A stretch of DNA of 20,000 nucleotides, taken from positions 51,025-71,024 of the forward strand of contig CAZCRK010000004.1 of NCBI GenBank assembly GCA_964501035.1, written 5' to 3'. A model generated the notes under the pieces. The model ran no database searches and was not told the DNA's origin. It saw only the letters and a list, made by a program, of their open reading frames with translations. The stretch's first letter is position 1. The number at the start of each line of letters is the position of its first letter. Of this stretch, positions 1 to 7,768 are shown one piece after another. The position numbers and the translations under genes are program-made.

Positions 1-1384
1 TTGCATTTTTATCTCTATTGAACATGCCAAAGTCTTTAGATCCTTGCCATCCTTTTGAAAATCCAGCAATATTTGTAGAACCTGCTAAATCTGCTGAACT
101 CACAATTGCAATAGGCCGTCCATACTTTTCTTGACAATATGAATTCAGCCATGACCCATAATCACCAAACCCAGCTCTGTTAGGCGCATTTTCACCTGGT
201 TTTTTATACAATGTTTCTGGGAAATTTTCAAAATCTGTTAAAACAGGGTCGTCAAGTGGATTTTCGCTAAAAGTTTGTTGTATTTCTGCATGCTCTGGGA
301 CACTGTTTCCAAGCTCAACTAATCTATCAGCCAAGTAATCTGTTAGACCTGGATACGAATCAAACAATGACATAACTGTTTCCATAACAATTGTCATTTC
401 TTTATAATCAGCCTTAAAATCATTAACACTCGCATTATCCATATTGGTGAAAGTTAAATTATACTTTTCTGCAAATTCACGTTTGGTTGCCCAAAATTCA
501 GACGAATTTCTTTTATGTGGCGCACCATGACTTGCATTGTCATATTTTTTATAGCCACGTCCTTTGCGCATTTTCAGCCATAATGCTTTAGGTTGGTTGA
601 TATCTTCATTATTAAACAATTCAGAATAAGCATTTATTATTTGTTCCCAGTTTTCACCATCTTCAGCACCAGCTACTTTCCATCCATATGGCTCAAACCA
701 ATCTTTTGGGTTACCAGCCATTATATCACTAAATGGTCTATCATCTATTCCAAAATCATTCCAATCAACCACATACACTAGGTTTCCTAATCCTAAACCG
801 TATGCAGAATTTTTTGTTTCATGGGTTACACCAGTAGTCAAACCACCTTCTCCCTCAAAAGCGAACACTTTTACATCAGAAGCTCCTGCATATTTTAATG
901 CAAATGCCTGTCCGGCAGCAATTGGTGAGCCATGTCCAGATGGACCTGTATTGCATTTAAAGAATAAGGTTTTACCTTCCATTTCCGCATGCCCTGGCAA
1001 ACCACCACGTTTACGTAATGTTAATAAATCCTCCCAGTAAAGCGTGTATTTATCACCAAGTTTGCTAACATATTTCTCATCGCCAGTTTGTTTGTATTTA
1101 CGACGTAATGCTTCATTAAATACAGCTAAAGTAGCATATACTACCGGGTTAGCATGTCCAGCAACTAAAACAAATCTATCGCCAAATGTTTTTTCCGGAG
1201 CAAATATATCCCATTTCATTACTCCAGAGAGCAAAGTAGCGACCATTGCATGCACTTTTGAGCGAGAGCCTCCAGGATGCCCGCTTTGGCTAAGATTAAG
1301 CATAACATCAATAGATTGATCAATTTGATCCGCAATAACGTCCCAATATTTAAAATTACTTCTTAACTCATTAATAGAATTCAT
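1..1384 (-). CDS. tkt: Transketolase-like ThDP-dependent enzyme (5' part; runs off the left window edge)
   Basis: Not in the ORF track. Hand translation from ATG at 1384 (MNSINELRSNFKYWDVIADQ...) is open to position 1. Transketolase motifs occur in order: SGHPGGS, DRFVLVAGH, GLPGHAE, NTGPSGHG, ThDP motif FEGEGG...DWN, KGRG...SHGAP and SADLAGST. Confidence 0.85.
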   Translation of the reverse strand, partial: MNSINELRSNFKYWDVIADQIDQSIDVMLNLSQSGHPGGSRSKVHAMVATLLSGVMKWDIFAPEKTFGDRFVLVAGHANPVVYATLAVFNEALRRKYKQTGDEKYVSKLGDKYTLYWEDLLTLRKRGGLPGHAEMEGKTLFFKCNTGPSGHGSPIAAGQAFALKYAGASDVKVFAFEGEGGLTTGVTHETKNSAYGLGLGNLVYVVDWNDFGIDDRPFSDIMAGNPKDWFEPYGWKVAGAEDGENWEQIINAYSELFNNEDINQPKALWLKMRKGRGYKKYDNASHGAPHKRNSSEFWATKREFAEKYNLTFTNMDNASVNDFKADYKEMTIVMETVMSLFDSYPGLTDYLADRLVELGNSVPEHAEIQQTFSENPLDDPVLTDFENFPETLYKKPGENAPNRAGFGDYGSWLNSYCQEKYGRPIAIVSSADLAGSTNIAGFSKGWQGSKDFGMFNRDKNA

Positions 1385-1386
1385 AG

Positions 1387-3066
1387 TTACCTCGATAATA
1401 GTTGTGTTTCAAGTTCGAAAATTGGAACTGGTCCTAATTTTAGTAGTTCATTCATAAATTTATTTGGAGAATAATTTTCTCTCTTAACAGCAAGAGCATT
1501 ATACAATCTATCAAATTCTACACCGGAAACATATTTAAAAGAATTTGCAAAATTATTATGTTTTATTTTTCCCACTAATTTCTCTGCATCTACATCAGAC
1601 ATAAATCCAGTTGTTTTTACCCAGTTGACTCTTTCAGACAGTGAAATGTTTGAAACAAAATATTCGTATTCTAGAACAAACATCATTTGGTCAATTAATT
1701 TTTGTCGAAGTTGCACCACTTTTAGGTTTGACTCTGTATGTAACTCATTTACCAAAATACCTTCACAAAATGCTTGCCAACCTGATAAGGTAGTTGAACT
1801 TGGAAACAAGCTAACCAAGTCTGAGCTTGTTTTTTGTGACTCTAGATACCATTTGCCTGGAAAAAACTCACCAAAAATTTTCAAATCAAGTAAATATGGG
1901 TTAAAGTATAGCAATAGATTTGTTTTTTTTATTTCATCAACACTAACCAATAATTTTGGATTTTTATTTTTTGAATACAATCTAAGGTCTAGCAACGGAT
2001 AACTACTATGGTAGCTTTCTTTAAGATCAACATCTATTTTAATTGATTGTGAAAAACTATAATTTGCATTTTTAAGATATGAATTTGTCCTATTGATAGA
2101 TGCATATATCTCTGACAATATACTTCCGTGAGATGGATGGTTTTCAAAGATTGAGTCCAGAGTCCATTGTATAACCTTCAAGGAATCGTCTCTATCAATC
2201 CAAATTGGTTCATCATTGGTTTTTAAATAATGTGGCAATGCATTTTTAAACATAGAATTTTGGAGCACATAAATATTTTGTTTTGCAAATTCTATGGTTT
2301 CATCTAGCTCGTAAATTCCCATAAAATGCATTGTAAAATACTCTCTATAAAGTTGTGAATTTTGCAGTTGTTCTGATTGAGGGAAATTTACAACTGTCTT
2401 ATTTAACCAATTTTTATGACTTAATAAAACATTTGAATTTTGTATAATTAATGAATCTACTTTATCTAGTAAATTATGTTCAGCATAAATCAGTAATGGA
2501 AGCTGTTCAAATAAATTTAAAATATTTTGTATATTTTCAATTGCTAGGTCAATATGAAACTGTGAACTATATTGTAAGTTGTTTTGTTGGATTTCAATCA
2601 AGGTAGGCAATTTTTCTAATCGAGAAATAATACTTTTAACTCGATGTGTCATTTCACATTGTTCCCTATCTGTTATAACAAGTAACCCATCATAAATATT
2701 TGATATTATAAGGTTGGGATTCCAAATTGTGGGTTGCACTTTATTCCATTTAAACGATAATAGATGTAAGCCATGTTCGAGTACTTTATATTCAAGAAAA
2801 TCAACTGACTTTAATTTTGTTTCATCAATTTGTGAAAGTTCTATTTTAAAACGATTTAAATCTGCTATATATTCACTTATTTCACTATCTGAATAATTTC
2901 TGTACAATCCATCAAATTCCTGAATTCCATCCATACTTGCTTCCACAGGATGTGATTTAGAATACCAATTTAAAAATGCATCGGATAGGTCATTAAATGA
3001 TTGTTTTTGTGAATTTCGGCATGAAAAACAAAGTAGTGTTAATATGATTAAGAAAATATATCGCAT
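1387..3066 (-). CDS. DUF885 family lipoprotein (zincin-like fold, metal-binding motif degenerate)
   Basis: 559 aa with a lipobox (LLCFS|C16). The N-terminal 'HPVEAS.DG...FDG' and C-terminal 'F..ELL..GP.P...LE' patterns fit DUF885. GEFFPGKW and SGWQAFCE stand where the family has HExxPGHH and EGWAxYxE. Confidence 0.7.
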   Translation of the reverse strand: MRYIFLIILTLLCFSCRNSQKQSFNDLSDAFLNWYSKSHPVEASMDGIQEFDGLYRNYSDSEISEYIADLNRFKIELSQIDETKLKSVDFLEYKVLEHGLHLLSFKWNKVQPTIWNPNLIISNIYDGLLVITDREQCEMTHRVKSIISRLEKLPTLIEIQQNNLQYSSQFHIDLAIENIQNILNLFEQLPLLIYAEHNLLDKVDSLIIQNSNVLLSHKNWLNKTVVNFPQSEQLQNSQLYREYFTMHFMGIYELDETIEFAKQNIYVLQNSMFKNALPHYLKTNDEPIWIDRDDSLKVIQWTLDSIFENHPSHGSILSEIYASINRTNSYLKNANYSFSQSIKIDVDLKESYHSSYPLLDLRLYSKNKNPKLLVSVDEIKKTNLLLYFNPYLLDLKIFGEFFPGKWYLESQKTSSDLVSLFPSSTTLSGWQAFCEGILVNELHTESNLKVVQLRQKLIDQMMFVLEYEYFVSNISLSERVNWVKTTGFMSDVDAEKLVGKIKHNNFANSFKYVSGVEFDRLYNALAVKRENYSPNKFMNELLKLGPVPIFELETQLLSR

Positions 3067-3132
3067 TTCCGAAGGGAAATTTACACATATTTTTAGTATC
3101 TAAACATGTTATTGATTATCTAAAATATTAAT

Positions 3133-4020
3133 TTATTTATCTAATATTTTATAAAGATTACCATTTGTATGTTGCAGTAAATCATCAGCAACACTAAAAT
3201 CACATTTTTTAGCATACATTACCAGAGCAATTTTCACACTACCATTGGCTGTTTTTAAAATTTTTTTGGATTGAGAGTAGCTTTTCTTGGTAAAATGTTG
3301 AATTATGCGTGTCCCTCTATCCCAAAGTTTTTGATTGACTGCTTTTAAATCTACCATTATATTTTGATAGGTCTTATTTAGTTTTACCATTGTTGTAGTA
3401 GAAATCATATTCAGTATCATCTTTGTAGCAGTTCCAGATTTTAGCCTTGTAGAACCTGAAAGAATTTCAGGTCCAACAATTGCGGAAATAATGAAATCAA
3501 TAAATTTATTATCGCTAGGAACATTACACAGTATTAGCCCTGTAGTTGAATTGTGATACTTAGCAAATTCAAGTGTACCCAAAACATAAGGTGCGGTTCC
3601 ACTTGCAGAAATACCAACAACTGAATCAAATTCTGTTAGATTATAATTTTTTATATCGGAAATTCCATTTTCTTTACTATCCTCAGCTCCTTCAATTGAA
3701 ACTTTGAGTGCATCATCACCACCTGCAATTATACCTTGAACTAAATCTGGTTCTGTGCTAAATGTTGGTGGACATTCCGAAGCATCTAACACCCCTAATC
3801 TACCACTCGTACCTGCACCTACATAAAAAAGTCTCCCACCATTTTTCATATTTTCAGTTATTGTATCAACAAGTTTTGAAATTATAGGAATACATTTTTC
3901 TACAGCATGTGCTACTTTTTTATCTTCGGAATTCATAATTTGCAATATATCACGGGTTGATTTTGCACCTATTGACATACTCTTTTCATTTTGTTGTTCC
4001 GTTATTCGAGAATCTAACAT
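3133..4020 (-). CDS. murQ: N-acetylmuramic acid 6-phosphate etherase
   Basis: Motifs TEQQN, GGRLFYVGAGTSGRLGVLDASECPPTF, EGAED, GPEILSGSTRLKSGTATKMILNMIST and N.MVD.KA.N.KL..R. Confidence 0.96.
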   Translation of the reverse strand: MLDSRITEQQNEKSMSIGAKSTRDILQIMNSEDKKVAHAVEKCIPIISKLVDTITENMKNGGRLFYVGAGTSGRLGVLDASECPPTFSTEPDLVQGIIAGGDDALKVSIEGAEDSKENGISDIKNYNLTEFDSVVGISASGTAPYVLGTLEFAKYHNSTTGLILCNVPSDNKFIDFIISAIVGPEILSGSTRLKSGTATKMILNMISTTTMVKLNKTYQNIMVDLKAVNQKLWDRGTRIIQHFTKKSYSQSKKILKTANGSVKIALVMYAKKCDFSVADDLLQHTNGNLYKILDK

Positions 4021-4086
4021 CTGAATCCTTTGTTTTATGTATTAAAAAGATATAATTTTGAATACTTGTGAGCAAATTTAAATACA

Positions 4087-5295
4087 ATGTTTGATTTAAT
4101 CTTAGCAATAATAGGACTTGTACTGTCTATTTTCTATTCTAGTTCAGAAATAGCACTTATATCTGCCAATCCTCTGCAAATTCAAGTGTGGGCAAAACAA
4201 CGAAAAAAGTTAGGTGAAATCACACAATCTATTATGGAGTCTCAGGAGCAATATTTAACTGTTATATTGATTGGTACCAATTTAGCAAATATTCTTACAA
4301 CTTCATTTGCAACCGTATATATTTTAAAACTAAATATACTCCCACATTCTCTGATTGTAATACCCATTGCGATTATAATACTTTTATTTGGAGAAATTTT
4401 ACCCAAAAGCGTTATTCGAGGATTTTCGAATTTTGGGCTCATGTCGCTATCTCCTTTTCTATATATATCTAACATAATATTTGCACCTGTTGTATGGTTA
4501 ATCAAATCCGTTGGATGGCTTGATATTTCTGGTAGGTTAAGTACAGCAGAACAATTGGCTGAAAAACGTGATGATTTACAACATATGTATGAGCAAGTTG
4601 ATGATTCAGATGCAATGGAAAAAGACCAACAAGAGATGATTTCCAAACTGTTTGATTACAGTCAAAGTACTGTATATGAAGCAATGACACCTCGTACTGA
4701 AATTTCGGCTGTTTCTATTGATGCAAAACTTGAAGATGTCTTACACACTTTCATTGATTCTGGACATTCTAAATTGCCCGTGTATCGTAAAAATTTAGAT
4801 AATATTATAGGTGTAGTGTTTTTATATGATTTATTTACATCCCCTGAAAAACTACAAGATGTCATAAAGGATGTACTACACGTTCCTGCAACCAAATCTG
4901 TTATGGAAGTTATGGCAGAGTTTAAAACAGCCCACCACGCACTTGCTATCGTTTTAGACGAACATGGTGGAACATCTGGAATTATAACAGCAGAAGATAT
5001 ATTTGAAGAGTTATTTGGTGAATTTGAAGATGAATTTGATGATGAATATGCGGATTCTATCGAACAAGAAGATGGCTCCATTCTAGCAAGTGCTAAAATA
5101 GATTGGGAAGATTTCAACTCAAAACATGGACCTTTAATTCCAGATGGTGATTACGAAACTGTGGGTGGATTTATCATTTCAGAAATTGGTCGTATCCCCA
5201 ACAAAAATGAACGCCTATTTTTAACTATTGGTCAGGTCGTTATTTTAAAATCAACTGCCAGACGCATTGAGCAAATTCAAATATATCCTAAATAA
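4087..5295 (+). CDS. Hemolysin/CNNM (DUF21)-CBS-CorC family membrane protein, probable Mg/Co efflux
   Basis: N-terminal TM segments with S.SEIAL, LIGTN and FGEILPK; CBS pair (MTPRTEI, GHSKLPVY, VLDEHGGTSGIITAEDIFEELFGEFEDE); C-terminal CorC_HlyC-like YETVGGFI. Confidence 0.9.
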   Translation: MFDLILAIIGLVLSIFYSSSEIALISANPLQIQVWAKQRKKLGEITQSIMESQEQYLTVILIGTNLANILTTSFATVYILKLNILPHSLIVIPIAIIILLFGEILPKSVIRGFSNFGLMSLSPFLYISNIIFAPVVWLIKSVGWLDISGRLSTAEQLAEKRDDLQHMYEQVDDSDAMEKDQQEMISKLFDYSQSTVYEAMTPRTEISAVSIDAKLEDVLHTFIDSGHSKLPVYRKNLDNIIGVVFLYDLFTSPEKLQDVIKDVLHVPATKSVMEVMAEFKTAHHALAIVLDEHGGTSGIITAEDIFEELFGEFEDEFDDEYADSIEQEDGSILASAKIDWEDFNSKHGPLIPDGDYETVGGFIISEIGRIPNKNERLFLTIGQVVILKSTARRIEQIQIYPK

Positions 5296-5328
5296 ACTAA
5301 ATAGTTTTTTAACAACCTAACGTAATTT

Positions 5329-7599
5329 TCAATTTTCTAATTGTGAGTGAAAATATTCTCGTAAATCACGTAAATATACAACTAACTCATCATGGTTTGG
5401 AATACTGCTATAAAATTCAAACGTGACTCTTTTGGTAATATCTTCATGTGATATTTCTATCCACTCAGAGCCCCCATCAGCACAATCTGGGCATCCATAT
5501 ACATCATCTAAAAGTTGAAAATAATCAAAGTTAAACGCATTTAATATTTCCTCTAACTCAAATTCAGATAATGTTTCTTCTAATAAAAGTTCTGGAAAAT
5601 CTGGGTGATCATTCCATGAATATTCACGATAGGTAGCCTGAGTACTATTTATTTCTAATTCGCTAATACAATACCCCCAGCAAAAACCAAATGAAGTTCC
5701 AGTATTTATTATATATGAAGATTCGATGGGGTTCAGTATCCAATCAACAATAATAACAATATCAAGTATATTTATGATTTCATCTGCATTTACATCTAGT
5801 ATGCACATTTCATCGAAAGATGGTTCTTCAAAGGATAAAATTATTGTAATGGTTTGCACTATATCTAATACATTGACAACTTCATCTTGATTAATATCAC
5901 CAGTTCCTTGAAACTCTGGATCACAATCATCTATTGCAATACATTCACCATTTATAAATGTTAAACCACAATCCTCACCATCACAATCAAATTCTGGGCA
6001 TGTAAAATCAGCCCCAAAGCCACCATCATCACATAGTCCATCATCTACCCAGTCTTCAATCAAATTGGTTTCCCAGCACTCCAAATCACATTCCAAATAA
6101 CCAGGTTCTAAAATTCCATTAAAATCATCTGCAATACAAATATCACCGATGTCACCATCGTCTGCAATACATGTGCCTCCATTGCAATCATCTGTGCACA
6201 TCCATTGACCTGTTTCTGTGTCACAGTCACAAAATCCTGATACACAAAATCCGGGAGCATCCGAGTTTCCAAAATCAACACAGGTATGTCCATCCTCACA
6301 ATCATTTTGGAAGCACCCAGCAGGGTTTTCGCCCAGACAAGATGTTTCAGCACAAAATCCTAATCCAAATGGGTCAGTTCCGTCCCATTCACCTGAGGAC
6401 GTACAATCTCCACAGTCATGCCCCCATTCAGAACAATATAATTGAGGCCCTTGCCATCCATTGTCATCACACAAACCATCTTCCAACAAATTTTCAAAAA
6501 TAGGAATTGGGAAACATGTATATTCACAATCTAAATATCCAACATAACCAAAACTGTCGACACATTCATCCCCAATTTGTGGATCTAAATTATTAAAATC
6601 CTCACATTCAGGAATACCTTCCCAACTAGGTTGAGCAGTGCCATCAATTTCGTTCCCGTTTTCATCAACACACCAACACCAACCTGTTGAACCACTACAC
6701 TGTACAGGCTCAAAATTGCAATCATGTGTACAAGATGGAATAAAACACCCAGGCATTCCTCCGCATTCCTCAATTGCATCTTCAGCAACATCACAACAGT
6801 TAAACGATTCGCATTCTCCAAAATAATTCACTCCTGAAAATGACATATAATTTGCCTCGCATGGGTTCGAATAATTATTTCCATCACATCCACACACAGG
6901 GATATTGTTTTCTTCACATAAATAATCTGCTTGTTCTATACAAAATCCCGGTGATTCTGTCATGTCACAATCCCCAATTTCTGCAACACAGAGTGAATTA
7001 TTGGGGCAATCTTCATTTTCATAACATATTGCAGGTTCATTGCAATTTACTCTTAAGCCATCAACAAAATACTCTGCAAAACATCCACCACAATAATCAG
7101 CAGTACATTCTGCATCCGGATAGTTACTACATGTACTTACTTCACACGGGTCAACTACACATTCAACTGAATACAAACAATTGCAAGAATTGGTGCCTAA
7201 ACATGGAATCGGATCGTAGTTGCAAGATTCAGGATCATCACAAGATGGTGGATAAACAGATATTTGTAATTCTATCACTTCAGAAAGCACTGTGGTATCT
7301 GCCCAAAAATTAAAATCAACAATACCAACGGTAACTTGATAATTACCACCCCAGTCAGGTACGCCTGATAAAATAACATCATTGGCCCAAAATTCATTCA
7401 ACACAAAATCAACTGTAATCCATTCTGGTGAATCAATGAGTATAATACTTTGTTCATCTCCTCCTGCACCCGTGAAAACATTTTCTTCATAATAAACATG
7501 ATGATACGCATTTGGACATTGAATAGTTGTTGTTGGTATTTGCGGTAAAGCAAATTGGATTAAGGTGAATAATAAAACTGTTTGGATAGATATTTTCAT
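5329..7599 (-). CDS. Secreted Cys-rich multidomain protein (Ig-like, Kazal, thyroglobulin type-1, LNR-like repeats, dockerin)
   Basis: 756 aa with a signal peptide. Kazal PVCGCDG..Y.N.C (aa ~228-263); thyroglobulin-1 QC..STGWCWCVD..G.E..GT (aa ~268-332); two DGLCDD...C.E...D..DC repeats; dockerin GDINQDEVVNVLD...DVNADEIINILD (aa ~567-622). Confidence 0.85.
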   Translation of the reverse strand: MKISIQTVLLFTLIQFALPQIPTTTIQCPNAYHHVYYEENVFTGAGGDEQSIILIDSPEWITVDFVLNEFWANDVILSGVPDWGGNYQVTVGIVDFNFWADTTVLSEVIELQISVYPPSCDDPESCNYDPIPCLGTNSCNCLYSVECVVDPCEVSTCSNYPDAECTADYCGGCFAEYFVDGLRVNCNEPAICYENEDCPNNSLCVAEIGDCDMTESPGFCIEQADYLCEENNIPVCGCDGNNYSNPCEANYMSFSGVNYFGECESFNCCDVAEDAIEECGGMPGCFIPSCTHDCNFEPVQCSGSTGWCWCVDENGNEIDGTAQPSWEGIPECEDFNNLDPQIGDECVDSFGYVGYLDCEYTCFPIPIFENLLEDGLCDDNGWQGPQLYCSEWGHDCGDCTSSGEWDGTDPFGLGFCAETSCLGENPAGCFQNDCEDGHTCVDFGNSDAPGFCVSGFCDCDTETGQWMCTDDCNGGTCIADDGDIGDICIADDFNGILEPGYLECDLECWETNLIEDWVDDGLCDDGGFGADFTCPEFDCDGEDCGLTFINGECIAIDDCDPEFQGTGDINQDEVVNVLDIVQTITIILSFEEPSFDEMCILDVNADEIINILDIVIIVDWILNPIESSYIINTGTSFGFCWGYCISELEINSTQATYREYSWNDHPDFPELLLEETLSEFELEEILNAFNFDYFQLLDDVYGCPDCADGGSEWIEISHEDITKRVTFEFYSSIPNHDELVVYLRDLREYFHSQLEN

Positions 7600-7768
7600 A
7601 AATTACTTCCCAATTTCTATTAATAATTTACATACTTTATTCAGATTATTATGTGTCAATATGTAAAAATAAAACGTAAAAAGTAAATTTTACTAAAGTC
7701 ATATTTTTATTTCTGTTTAATTTAATGACTATTGATTATTAATTGAAATTATCTCTAAATGAGGGAAT

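Noticed and set aside
593..2896. Plus-strand ORFs 593-781, 1044-1319, 1625-2002 and 2714-2896
   Set aside because: Antisense shadows of the transketolase-like and DUF885 genes, with no recognisable motifs.
4242..5117. Minus-strand ORFs 4242-4646, 4502-4690 and 4662-5117
   Set aside because: Antisense to the CNNM/CBS gene; the Ser-rich composition is typical of shadow frames.
5294..5310. AAACTA-AA-TAGTTT hairpin with T tract after the CNNM gene
   Set aside because: AT-rich 6-bp stem with a 2-nt loop; too weak to call a terminator.
5950..7250. Locally higher GC as evidence of recent horizontal transfer
   Set aside because: Accounted for by the Cys/Gly/Asp/Pro-rich, Lys-free protein. Third positions still look A/T-rich, and no integrase, tRNA or flanking direct repeats were seen.
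6108..7313. Six short alternative-frame ORFs inside the Cys-rich gene
   Set aside because: Explained by the biased codon content and locally higher GC of the main ORF; no independent coding signal.
7625..7735. Inverted repeats (AGTAAA-T-TTTACT at 7682-7694 and others) and a minus-strand TTGACA at 7654-7659 in the divergent promoter region
   Set aside because: Short AT-rich palindromes are expected by chance here, and the TTGACA has no good -10 at 16-18 nt spacing.
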